Under the pieces are notes generated by a model that was not told the origin of the DNA, made no database searches, and saw only the letters and a program-made list of their open reading frames with translations. Positions 39,240-51,190 of a DNA stretch of 64,000 bases are shown here, piece by piece. Origin of the DNA: Malacoraja senta. Taxonomy: Eukaryota. The position numbers and the translations under genes are program-made. The stretch covers positions 13,082,001 through 13,146,000 of the forward strand of contig CM075988.1 in NCBI GenBank assembly GCA_038087875.1, in the 5' to 3' direction. How positions within the stretch are numbered: the first letter of the stretch is position 1; each line of letters opens with the position of its first letter.

Positions 39240-39587
39240 CATAAACCTGTATTCGTGTTCCTTGGCCCATTTTATTAATTGGAGGGAAGACACTTGGTAC
39301 TTTCACCGCACAAGTGTAGTTGTAAACAGAGTGACCAACCGATACATTTTCAATCTTCAGTGATACCGTACAGTGTTTGAAACCATCCCAGAGGGGGTGA
39401 GGATTACAGAGCAAGTTGTCCATGTTGTAAGTTGCATCCGCCCCTTCCGGCGATGTCCGATACCAGGAAACACGGAGCCAGACATCCACACTTGCATTAT
39501 AAGTAAATGTACAGTTTAATGTGACGGATTGGCTCCTCCGCACACTGACCAGACGTGGCTGGGTCAACTCTGTGATCAACGGAACTC
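39240..39587 (-). CDS. Ig V-set exon (VJ-type, NKp30/SIRP/CD8-like) of a non-rearranging receptor gene
   Basis: Acceptor ttatgttccatcag|GA and donor TATG|gtaaag; 348 nt, phase 1-1, open. Translation GVPLITELTQPRLVSVRRSQSVTLNCTF..VSWYR..CTVSLKIENVS..YNYTCAVKVP..MGQGTRIQVY has the B-strand Cys, C-strand Trp, YxC and a J-like G-x-G-T motif. Confidence 0.9.
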
Positions 39588-40579
39588 CTGATGGAACATA
39601 AATAAATTTGTTATTTTTACTTGCATTAATAGTCCCACGGAAGCTCACTGTGTGTGTGTCAAACTCCGTGCAAACTGCTCGCACACCCTGCAACCCGACT
39701 CTCCAACCGTCCCTCTGCCCACTCCGGCTCAGCCGCCGCCTGGCCCGTTCCTGTCCAACCACCCACTGCTGCCACTCGGCCCGTCCCGTCCCCACCCTGC
39801 CAACCCACTACCGTCCCCGCCCTGCCCACCCACTATTTTTTCTCACCAATATGTAATTACTGATTCTGTTCTATTCTGTATTGTAGTTTTTGCACATTCC
39901 ACAGGCATTGCCACTTTTCATTTCACTGCACATCTCGTATGCGTATGTGACAAACAAACATGACTTGACTTGACTACCTGCCTGCCTGCTCGCTGCCGCC
40001 GCTGGGCCACAGGGCGGGGGGAGAATGGAGTTAATGTTCGTCACAGTAGGCACCACGAGCTTTTGATCAGCTGGTGGAGAAGATCTCCTCCGAGAAGGCC
40101 GTGAGGGTGAGTTACCGGAGGTGACGGACCCGGGGGGCTGGGTATATGGGACCGCCATTGCCACAGAGGGTGGGCGGGAGAGAGGTGTGAGTGATGAGGG
40201 AGAGAGAGATGGGACAAGGGCTTCCACTGGGCCTCCACTGCCACCGCCGGTGGTGGGGGAGAGGATAGACAAGTTACTGTGTGGAGGGGAGAGAGGAGTT
40301 TATGAGTGAGGCAGGACAGGCCGCCGCTGGTGGGGCACGTGCGGTTTTTAAGATTTCTAAACCCTGATAACTTTTACAATACACTATTGATCGGAACGAA
40401 ACGTGTTGCACTCGCAGCACAGGAGAACAGTGAGTAACCTGGCAAAAAAACATAGCACTATCATGTGCTGTTTTTGCGCAAATAGAAAACCCGCGCAATC
40501 CGGAAGAACATAAGATCAGAGTTTTAGTTATGTATAGATAGATGATAGATAGAAGATAGATTGTAAAACAAACAAATAC

Positions 40580-40648
40580 TTGACACAAATGGAGTAGATA
40601 CAAACAATGAAAGAAACACAAAATCAAATTCAGTGATGATGTTCATAC
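40580..40648 (-). CDS. Candidate signal-peptide exon of the Ig receptor
   Basis: ttag|GT ATG AAC..GTG TCA A|gtattt; 69 nt, phase 1-1; MNIITEFDFVFLSLFVSTPFVS joins the V exon in frame (R-VPLIT). Splice sites are weak. Confidence 0.45.
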
Positions 40649-41271
40649 CTAATCAATTCTTTACATTAAAACTGCAGATGCTGGAAATCTGAATTGAAAC
40701 GGAAAATATTTCAGACTATCAGTTGATCAGGCAGAATTTGTGAAAAAAGAAACATTAACTGTTTCTCTTACCAGAGATGTAAGCTGTTCTGCTGAGTGTT
40801 TCTACCTGTCTCTGCCTTTACTTTATGATCTTTTACATTGGCTGCATAACTCCATATCCACGAGCAGTAGCTCTCATCAACAACCAAACGTCTGTAGCCT
40901 CCTTTTGCTCTGGTATTTTATTTAATTCTTCACATGTTTAAATTATAATGATTTTTTTAAATTGTCTATGCATATCATGTTGTTACTTGCGAGCAAAACA
41001 CCAAGGCAAATTCCTTGTATGTATACTTACTTGGCTAATAAAATGTATTTAATTCAATCATAAACTACATTTAACAAAAATATCAAAATCAACAGTGCTG
41101 AATTACTTCTCATTGTTCTTGGTTGAAACACATGACATTTAATTAGCCTGGTTTCCAATGGGATGTGATTCTTATTAGTGTATATCGCTGTTTCTGAATG
41201 TGGTATGATATGCAAGTAAAATTAATAGGCACATATTATAGAAACTGCATTTTTACAGAATTATATAATTA

Positions 41272-41540
41272 CTTTAGCATAAATCTGTATTTGTGTTGCA
41301 TCACCCATTTTATATGATGGAGTGAACACCTGGTATCTTCACCTCGAGTGTAGTTATAAACAGAGTGACAAACAGAACATTTTCTTCAGTGATACTGTAC
41401 AGGATTTGAGGGGGTGAGGAATGCAGAGCGATTTGTTAATTTGGTAAGTAGCATCAGGACACTCCCGGTGATGTCCGATATCAGGAAACACTGAGCCAGG
41501 CATCCACACTTCCATTATAAGTAAATGCACAGTTTATCAC
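41272..41540 (-). pseudogene. Degenerate tandem copy of the V exon
   Basis: Aligns to 39240-39530 (INCAFTYNGSVDAWLSVS*YRTSP..). The conserved Trp codon is TGA, there are several indels, the 5' part is missing and the donor is mutated (GCTAAAG). Confidence 0.85.
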
Positions 41541-43089
41541 AAACTAATTGGGTAAAATACAGAGCTCAATACTCTCCCAGATGTATTTGTTTGAAACAAG
41601 GAACTGCAGATCCTGCCAGAGATAGATGGTACAATGGGCAAAGGGGTGGGTGATGGGGAGATCAAACCAGATAGGGTAGGAGGGTCTGAATTGAAGATTG
41701 GCTTTCCATTGTATCAATTATTTTTCTTAAATAATATATTTGCCTTTTTCAGATTTAAGGTTATGTTGGTTTGTGATGCAATGTTCTGCCTGAATTTGTT
41801 TCATTTGCGGACACCATCAGAGGTATCCGAATGTTGCTATTATGATCCTTGGCTGATAATTACTTCAAGTTCTGAAGTGACTGCTAAAATCATAAGATCA
41901 TAAGTAACAGCAGATTAAGGCCATTCAGCCCATCACTGCCATTCAATCATAGCTGATCTATCTCTCTCCCTCAACCCCTTTCTCCTGCCTTCTCCGTATA
42001 ACGCCTGACACACATTTTAATTAAGAATCTGTTAATCTCCTCCTTAAAAATATCACTTCTAACTTTTATTGTAGCTTTTAATAAATGCCATAATATTTTT
42101 TGAAAAAATGTACATTACAACTTAAAATATCTAATCATTGTACTATCTTGAAGCAGGAGTTGAATCCTTCTCTGGTTCTGAATGTCCCTGATGCTAATTA
42201 AACTCTCAGCCTATCCCCTGCTCCAAGAGAACTTTGTATGACTTTGCTGAAAAACATCACCTATTCCTTCTCTCCAGAGATGTTGCCTGTCCCGTTGAGT
42301 TACTCCAGCGTTTTTTGTCTATCTTTGGTTTAAACTAGCATCTACAGTTCCTTCCTACAACGGACTTTGCATGATTATGGATGATTTGTTTAGATGACTA
42401 TGATCCACTTTAATTATCAGTTCAATCACTAATAATTAATGGTACATTTATTTTTTTATTGCATTTAATGTGCCTGTTGAGCAGAGCAAGTAAAAATGTC
42501 ATTGTTCCATTCATAAATTGTTCACACGACAATTCTGAGTCTAGAATTTGCATGTTCTCCCTATGACCTTATGGGTTCCATCTGGGCATTTTAGTCTCCT
42601 CCCAAGTGAAGGTTGGTAGAAGGAAATCAAAAAAATGTAAGTTCTTGAAAATCTGAAATAAAAAGTGCTTGAAAAACTCAGCAGGTCAGACAGCATCAGT
42701 GAAAATAAAGGCAATGTTTCATTAGAAACCTTTTGCAGTTTTGATAATAGAGTTGCAGACAGACCCAAAATATTGACCGTTTCACTTTCCATGGATACAC
42801 CCTGACTCACTGGGCTTCTTTTTGTTTTTATATTAGTGCGGATTACTTGGTTGAATGGTCACAGGATATAGATCAGTGGTAGATGATTTCACCACTAATC
42901 CACACCTTGCCCCCAGGGTGTAGATGAATGGTAGAATATGGGATGGGGACTGGGTAGTTGATGTGGCAAATAAAGTGGTTTACAGGAGGATCATTTTAGG
43001 AATAGGAGCCTTATTATTGGGGTGGACGCGTTGAAATGAAGGGTTTGTTCCATGTTGTTTCACTCAACAGTATAACAAGTAAAACTCAC

Positions 43090-43099
43090 ATTGCATCAT
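43090..43099 (-). CDS. Candidate first coding exon (ATG ATG CAA T|gtgagt), preceded by 5' UTR-like sequence to about 43255
   Basis: Strong phase-1 donor after a double ATG. In frame with the 40648 exon (T+GT = Cys). It cannot join the V exon directly (T+GA = stop). Confidence 0.35.
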
Positions 43100-44454
43100 C
43101 ACCTCTGATTCAGATCAATTTTCTGAACCCTCGTTCTTCAGGGAAAGTCACTTTCTTCTTCCTTGTGGAAGACGGCACACAGCTCCGTGGAGAACTGAAC
43201 AATCAGAAATGAACCTGTAGCCATTTGCATTGGGTAGAAGACAAACTAAATAGATCTTAGGTATGTCGGAAAGAACTGCAGATGCTGGTTTAAATCGAAG
43301 GTGGACACAAAATGCTGGAGTAACTAAGCGAGACAGATCTTTGGAGGGAAAGAATGTGTGACTGTTTCGGGTCGAATCCCTTTTTCAGATACCACTTAGA
43401 CATTTCCTGTGCTGGTTTTTGAGGCAGTCAGTTATTGGTGAATGGTTTTTGCATGTTCTCAATACGCAGTGAAATTGTTTAAAATTAATAATGATTTGTT
43501 TAAAAATTAATTCCATAGAAATGCATCATAATAGCTCACTAATTTAATTATTAATATACTAAGCAATTATTTCGCATTTAATCTGTAAAATCTGTAAACT
43601 CCATTCACAATTTTTGAACAGCTCATGTTTTAGCTTTCTCTGCTCAAAGCAGAATAATCTTAATGTTTTTTATTAAATTCAAATCTTTAATTAATTCTGA
43701 GGTTCAACCAAATAAAATCCCACTTCCAAATTTTCCATTAAAATACAGACATTTTGCATTGTAAACACCCTCAGTCATGCAGCCACAGCCAATGAACTTA
43801 CAAAATGGCAACCTTCCTTCTCCAGCTGTTCTGACATGATGCCTCAGCCAAGATAGAGGCAATCTGCTCAGATCCCTGCTCCGGAGATCTAAGCTGCTTC
43901 TAGCCATTAGCTTCTGTAAATCTCCCCACAGACTGATCAAATAATCACACCACTAACACTTTGGCTTTTGTTAAATTTTTGTGATCATTTCAATCTATGA
44001 GCTGATTCCGTAATACACAAGCTGAAAGAAGGATATTAACCAAGACACTGACCTGTTGAGTATCTCTGCTCCAGTAGGAACACCATCAGTTGCAATAAAG
44101 TGTTTCCTGCCAACATTCCCTTAATTTGGTACATTTCTTTCAAACTTCACAATATCCAACTGTCACAGAATTATCTTGTGCATTATATTCTCTCGTGATC
44201 AATTCAGGTTCATCGCGGTCACAGTGGTTGAAGAGACACATCTGACCACGTACAATTGGAGAGGATGTACAGTGCATTCGGAAAGTAATCAGAACCCTTC
44301 ACTTTTTCCACATCTTGTTACGTTACAGCCTTATTATAAAATGGATTAAATTCTTTTTTTTTAATTTAAATTTCAATTCAATTTTATTGTCATTGCACAG
44401 ATACAAGCATGGGTACAACGAAATACAGTTTAGCGTCTGTTCGTAGTAATATTG

Positions 44455-44670
44455 CAATATAGAAATAAAAATACAGAATAAGAATAATATACAGAATAAA
44501 AATACAGAATAAGCAAACAATGTGGACGGAGAGACTGGAGAAATCTATCGGCGGGACTCCGAGTTCAGCAATGTGATAGTGTTGTTGAAGAAGCTGTTCC
44601 TCATCCTACTTGTACGAGACCTGAGGCTTCTGTACCGCCTCCCTGATGGGAGGAGGGCAAACAGGTTGTA
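44455..44670 (-). mobile_element. Rex1 3' end with short tandem tail
   Basis: LFALLPSGRRYRSLRSRTSRMRNSFF; aatacagaat repeats. Confidence 0.75.
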
Positions 44671-44980
44671 GATTGATATCATCAATCTACACACAATACC
44701 CCATAATAAAATACTGAATACTGAAAATAAAAGTCTGAATACTTTCTGAATGCACTGTAAATGCTGGTATTTAAGCATGTTCCTTGGTGGTGGCAATGCT
44801 TAAAACAGATTTTAAGACAGAAAAGATTGATGTGAAAAATGGCAATTGCTTTGTTCATTAAATTAGTGAGCTTTTATCATGTATTACTATGATATGAATT
44901 TAAAAACAAAATAAACATATTTTCAACATTTTCCGTTTAAAAAAACGTACATGAAATGTCCAGCAAGTACAGCCCCAGGT

Positions 44981-45085
44981 CCATTTAAGTTTGCCTTCTC
45001 CCCATACAAATGGCTACATGTTGATTTCTGAATTCTTCAGTTCTCCATGGAGCTTTGCGCTGCCTTTCACAACGTCAGAAGGAAG
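44981..45085 (+). repeat. Inverted diverged copy of 43150-43255
   Basis: ttgccttctccccatacaaatggctacatgttgatttctgaattcttcagttctccatggagct versus ttgtcttctacccaatgcaaatggctacaggttcatttctgattgttcagttctccacggagct. Confidence 0.8.
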
Positions 45086-47144
45086 ATAATTATGACTGCT
45101 TGCAATGGAGGAATGTATTCCTTCAATAGCTAAATAATGCTTTTTGCGACTGACTGCAAAGGAAAGACATTATGTTACACCAGCAAAGTCTCAACCCGCA
45201 ATGTCGACCATCCTTTTGCTTCCACAGATGCTGCCTGATCCATTGAATTCCTCCAGCAAATTTGTTTATTGCTCCAGATGCCAGCATCCGCAGTCTCTTG
45301 TGTTTCCATTTTACATTACATGAGGTTGGATGTGAGCATCAGTGGTGGGTGGTGACACACAAATCTGCAGGCCAATTATTTTATATTATATGTAATGTGC
45401 CTGTAATGCAGCCACAAGTAAGATTTTCATTGTTCCAGTTCATAAGTGGTTGAGATGATAAATAAACGCTCTTGACTTTAACTGTGGATCAGTTTCCATC
45501 ACCCATTATGAGATATTGTCCCTTAAGAATAAGGTGTGCTGATGGAATTGGCTTTAGAATGTCCAGTGAGGCTGTAAGGATTCTTTAACTCATTGAATCC
45601 GTTCTTGGTCTAGATCAGTTGTGATTATGTCAATGATATATAAAGTTATGGGATTATCACAACATGGCAGGCAGGTAGGTAACACACCCAGCATCTGATT
45701 TATTATCCAGACCGCCACAGAGTGAGTTTGTGATTGCCTCTGCTCAATGTCATATCAGGAACCTGAGATTAATTTTATTTACCATTCACATTGCAGCAAT
45801 GTCTTTGGACAGAGTGTGCTTTCATTAATAAAGATGGTCAACTGTAAAAGAAATTAACCAAAAACAACATTTTTGACTATCTTATACACATGGCAACAGT
45901 AATTAAACTAAATTCTAAAAAGCTTTTAGAAATATGGACTTGAAGCAGTATTTTGTTGATACTCAGCATGTAGTTAACAGTTTGATAACAGAGAGTACAC
46001 ACTAAGAAGTTATTGCCGTTTATTGTTCTACTAACATTATAGATGCATAATTCCCCTGAACTGACTTCAAAAGGAAGACCCTCTGAATTAAAATCTACAT
46101 CCACTGCGGCATTAACATCGTGGAGCTGGCGGTCCCTTTGTTAGGGATCGACTGGGAGAGCTCCAACTACAGGAGCTTCGACTGCCCCGATTGCGGGAGC
46201 TACGATCGCCCCGACTATGGGAGAAAAGGAGGAAAGAAGGGATAAGCTATTTGCCTTCTATCACAGTGGGGAATGTGAGGTTGCCAAAAATACAAGATGG
46301 ACGTGCTGCCTGCACTGGTGATAACTCGGAGGGAGTGCAGTTATCTCGGTGTTTGCGGGAATATGGCTCCATGAGGTCATCCCGGAGTCTAGTGCGAGTG
46401 CGGACGGCTTTCTGACTGTTCGGGCGGACAGGGACTGTAGAGAGAGTGACAGCGGTCAGTACAACTCTGATCACATCACGGTGAAGGAGCGTGTGTGTGT
46501 GGCTCGAACATTGAACTGATGGTTGTGGGTCTCCACTTATGCTGTGTGCCCTGGGGATTCTCATATGCTATTGTGGTGGCTGTTTATGTTTAATTTTTAT
46601 GTGGTTATATGTATCTTGTTGCTTTTTTGTATAACTCTTGGCAAATCAAAATCCTTGTATGCTTACTTACTTGGCTAATAAATTAATTGCAATTATAATT
46701 ACAATTATTTTAATTACAGAAATAGTGTTTAACCACCAGGAAAGTAGGTCAACATCATGGCATCGAGGGACTAAAACTTTTATCATATAGGTGACCTGGA
46801 TACAGACAGGATGTAAGAAGAGAGTTGAAGTATCGTTTGTCAAAGGTCAATGAGGAAGAGCTATGCAAAACCTACTTTCCGATTTAAGTGCAAACTGCAC
46901 CTTCTATTGTAAATTCAATCTGCTACTTGCTTGTGCAAGACCTGTGTTTATATATCGTCCGCAGTAAGACTGAAAAAAGTATAATTCTATTTCAGGACTC
47001 TCCGATGTGCTGCACACCTTTGAAGTGGAGTCGTATTGTGATGCAGAAATTGTGGAAATCCAAGTTGCATGGAGTGGGGTCCCACAGTGAGTAAAGAGTG
47101 AATACCTCAATCTGTTGTTAAAAGATTAGTGTGCGGCAGCGTTA

Positions 47145-47692
47145 AGGGGCTGTCCCACTGCGGCGACCTAATTGGCGAGTTTAGAAGAGTTTAGGAGAGT
47201 TTGAAAAAAAGTCATGTTGAAGACCTCCTTCGACTATGTTGAAGACTAGCTTCGACTAGCTACGACTAACTTCGGGAAAATTGGACACCGAATAGTGGAG
47301 AGTGAAGACGACCTCCTTCGACCTCCCTTCGACTATGATGATGACTATCTATGACTACCTTCGACTACCTTCGATTACCTTCGACTACCCTCGATTACCT
47401 ACGAATAACATACCGACCTACTACGATTTACTACGACCTACTACAACTAAACCTACGAGTAAAAAAAGTATCAATTTTTTCCATGGCGACCTTTTTTAAC
47501 TCGCGGGCATTTTTCAACATTGAAAAATATGCCGCGACCTAGCTGAGGCCTCGAGTACACGGGGACTACTCCCGAGCATGAAGGAGAGTTACAAAGATCT
47601 CCTAGGACCTCGTGTTGACCATGCTGCGAGTATGAGTCGAGGGCAAACTCGCCAGAACTCGCGGATTAGGTCACCCAAGTGGGACAGCCCCT
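47145..47692. mobile_element. Harbinger/PIF-type MITE with internal CGACTA-rich array
   Basis: TIR AGGGGCTGTCCCACT; TTA TSD. Confidence 0.85.
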
Positions 47693-47739
47693 TTATCGAG
47701 AGACTTCTACTGCTCCCTTTCGAAACATTGTTGTGATGT

Positions 47740-47990
47740 AATTTACCTGAGAGGGCAGATTTCAGAGTTGTGAATCTGTAGAATTCTCTGCCACAGAAGG
47801 CAGTGGAGGCCAATTCACTGGATGTTTTCAAGAGAGAGTTAGATATAGCTTTTTGGGCTAACGTAATCAAGGGAAATGGGGAGGAAGCAGGAACAGGGAT
47901 ACTGATTTTGGATGATCAGCCATGATCATATTGAATGACAGTGTTGGCTCGAATGGCCTAATCCTGCACCTATTTTCTATGTTTCGATGA
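47740..47990 (+). mobile_element. CR1 3' fragment
   Basis: RVVNL.NSLPQKAVEA..; 3' UTR and ttctatgt tail. Confidence 0.8.
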
Positions 47991-50239
47991 TACCTCATTT
48001 ATCAATTTTAACTGGTTTTAACTGAAATATGTCATCTTTAGCTGCTTTTCATTTTCTAAAGGAACAACTGATTGCCAACACCTTTCCTTCACAAACCACC
48101 CTTTTATTGATCACTTTATTTCCATCTACTTAGTTTTTAAATCTTCCCTTCAATGAAAGTTTTTAATACTGCGCCACGTCCGAATCTCTATTTTAGTATT
48201 TTTCTAGCTTTTTCCAATTAAATAAATATTGGCAATTAGTGTAGTCCTAATTAAAACAAGCTGGACGGAATTAAGATCAACAGTAAAGATATTATTCATT
48301 TTAATTTGTCAATGCAATTGGAGGGTGTTCCAGATTAAGTTGACAGCTGTTCACTCACTTACCCGCCCTGTCATTCTGCAACAATAAGGAACTGCAGTTA
48401 CTGGTTTATACCAATGTTTAACCCTATAATTTTCATGCTTACAGGCTATTAACACATTTGTAATATGCTAGGGACGTACTTTCAGTTTGTGGGATTTCAG
48501 TATTGTGGGAGAGGCTTGTACTGGAGAGATGTCTGTGGCTGCTGAAGGGTGTGAATGGAAGTAATGAGAACGCTTTTTCCAAACTGGCACCTATAAAATA
48601 AACACAGCTGTGTAGCATGATTTTGTATAAACATTAACAGAAATGCAGGAAGCACGCGGCTCCATGGACAACGTCTGTGGAAAGAGCAACCAGTTAAAGT
48701 AAAACACCAAAAAAAGACACAAAGTGCTTGAGTAACTCAGCAGGTCGGACTGCATCCCTGGAGAACATGGATAGGTGATGTTTCGGGAAGAAGAGTCCCA
48801 ACGCAAATTGTCACCTATTCATGTTCTCCAGTGATGCTGCCTGACCCACTGAGTCACTCCAGCACTTTTTGTCTTTCTTTTTGTATAAACCAGCATCTGC
48901 AGTTCCTCATATCTCCACACAAAACAAAATGTGCTGGAGAAACTCAGCGTCTCAGGCAGCACCTTAAGAGGGAATGGACAGGCAACTTTTCAGGTCAGGA
49001 TACCATCCTTGGTGGAATGGTCCTCAACTGAAAGTCACCAGTCCATTCCCATACCAGACCTGTTAAGTTCCTCCAGTACTTTGCCCAATATTTCTGTATC
49101 TACAGTCTCTTGTATATTCAGACAAGTTAGCGTTTCAGGTTGCAGACTCTTCATCAGGACTATCCCTATAAACATTAGCCTATTACCGCATATTTTCCAT
49201 CAAAAGCAAAATAATTGGGTTCAGGAAATCAGAAATACAAGCAGAAATCTTTTGCTGTCCCTTCTACCTATCGCATATCCTTGCACATTTAGCTGACAAC
49301 TTTTATCATCCAGAAATCACAATTCCATATCAGCAATTACCAAACCAATATTCAGTTCATCTACTTCTCTGTTATCAGGCTTCTGTATCATCCAGGAATA
49401 CTGCCCATTCCCCTCGACCCTATTTCAGACATTGGACTTTGTCTCTAGAACTGATGCACTACAATGCTGGGAACTATATTCGCTCTCTCTATCTTCCCAT
49501 TTGTTCTACCTATTTTTTCTGAATTTGGCTTGATTGTATTTATGAATACTATTATCTGATCTGATTGGATAGCATGCAAAATAAATCTTTTTCACTGTAC
49601 CTCAGCACATGTGACAATAGTAAACCTAAATCTAAACCTAAATGCTGTGTGCATTGAGATATATCATCTTTAATTTTATCTTTTGAATATTTTTTCGCTA
49701 TGAACCAATTTGCTGATTGCCTTTGCTTCAATACCTGTTTATTTCACTTACTACTTGTATAACTTGCATATCATGTTTTGTTTCTCCCCTTCCAGAATTT
49801 TCTCCAAGGTTCCCATCCCCCTGCCAAGCATATTCAAATCCACCCCAACAGAAATCTCTCCAGCAAGGGTATTGATCGTTATTCTGATGCATTGCAACTT
49901 CAAGTCAAGAGTGTTTATTGTCATGTGTCCCAGATAGGACAATGAAATCCATCCTCCTTGCTTCAGAAATGGTTCCCAATTTATAAATCTAAAGCCCACC
50001 CTCCTACACCATTACTCCATCCATATCTTCAGCTGCTTTGTCCCCTTATGTCTGAGCTTGTCAGCACTGTACATAGTGTGCCATCCGCAGATTACTACCT
50101 TTGAGCTTCTGCAATCAAACCTCGTTTCTGCCTTCAAAAATCTGCTTGCAGGATCTCATCTCTTTCCCTGCCATTTGTGAAGACCACAACTGCTGATTGC
50201 TCAGATCCCTCCAAATGCCTGCCATGGACAGTTGAACAG

Positions 50240-51190
50240 GTCGGTGGGGGCGCTGCAAGCCGGCAGCTCTGCCAGCAGCGCGTTAGTTTTTTCAACTTTT
50301 TTAATTTTTTTAGTGTGTCCTAATGTGTGTTTTTGGTGTCTCTCTGTGTGTTTTGTGTGGGGAGTGGTGTGGGGGGTAAGGGGGAAACCATTTCAGTCGC
50401 CTCCTCCACGGAGAGGCGACTTTTTCCATGTCGCCTCCGCTGTTGCCTAACAGCAAGGATCGGTGCGGCCTTTCCCGGAGACGTGCCCGGGACATCAGCG
50501 GCGGGCGCACCGTGGACTCTCGTCGCGGAGCGGGTGAGCCCTCGCCGGGGCTCGCCGGAGGGGAGCGCTCCGTTCGCTGGCCCGCAGCAGCCTGAAGCCG
50601 CGGTCTGCGGAGCTCCAGCTGGCAGCGTCTGCAGCCTGGGATCCCTCATTGGGGACCCTGAAGGAGAAGAAGCTCCGACCGCCGGCCCACGGCCTACTTC
50701 TACCACGGGCGTGGCGGAGACTTACCATCAGGAGCGGGGTCCCTTGACGGGGACCCATGGGGAGGAGCTCTGAACGCCGGCCCTGCGGTCTGCGGTGCTT
50801 CTGGCTGCGGCATGGCGGGGACTTTAAATTTTCGACCGCTGGCCTGCGGCCTACACCAACCTGAAGCCGCAGTCTCCGGTGGGGAAGCACTGATTCAGGA
50901 CTTACCTGGACTTTATCTGGACTTTACCTAGTCTGAACATCTGGACGCCCGCAGCGGCGGCTGCAGAGGATTGAGGTCCCGACCACGGGGGAAATTGGAG
51001 GAGGACTGGCCATATTTTGTGCCTTCCACCACAGTGATGAATGCTGTGGTGGATGTTTGTGTTAAATTCTTATTGTGTTTTTGCGTGTTCTTTTTTCATT
51101 GTACCGTTGCTGGCAAATTAATTTCACTTGCACTTTATGTGCAAGTGGTAAATAAAACTGATATTGATTGATATTGATTGATATTGAATT
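50240..51190 (+). mobile_element. GC-rich non-autonomous element with Rex-type 3' tail
   Basis: CpG-rich body with repeated cctgaagccgc(g/a)gtct motifs, ending aataaaact(gatattgatt)n. Confidence 0.55.

Larger units (their letters stand above)
40575..41540. repeat. Diverged tandem duplicate of 38700-39530 (V exon, downstream intron, short exon-like segment)
   Basis: Colinear alignment with one SINE-like insertion at about 40860-41060. Confidence 0.9.

Noticed and set aside
39200-39700. RAG recombination signal sequences around the V exon (rearranging locus)
   Set aside because: The exon ends in its own J-like motif and a splice donor. The CACAGTG heptamers I noticed in the window lie in SINEs or lack a nonamer.
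47220-47450. Regular CGACTA/CGATTA array resembling a CRISPR or satellite
   Set aside because: No unique spacers; it lies wholly within a TIR-bounded MITE in a vertebrate genome.
48363-48374. ATG ACA GGG CGG|gtaagt on the minus strand as an alternative first exon
   Set aside because: Phase 0 is incompatible with the phase-1 receptor exons, and it abuts a repeat end.
50232-50890. Multiple 130-150 aa GC-rich ORFs and a CpG island-like stretch
   Set aside because: Lie inside a repeat with a Rex-type tail; stop-poor because of GC content.
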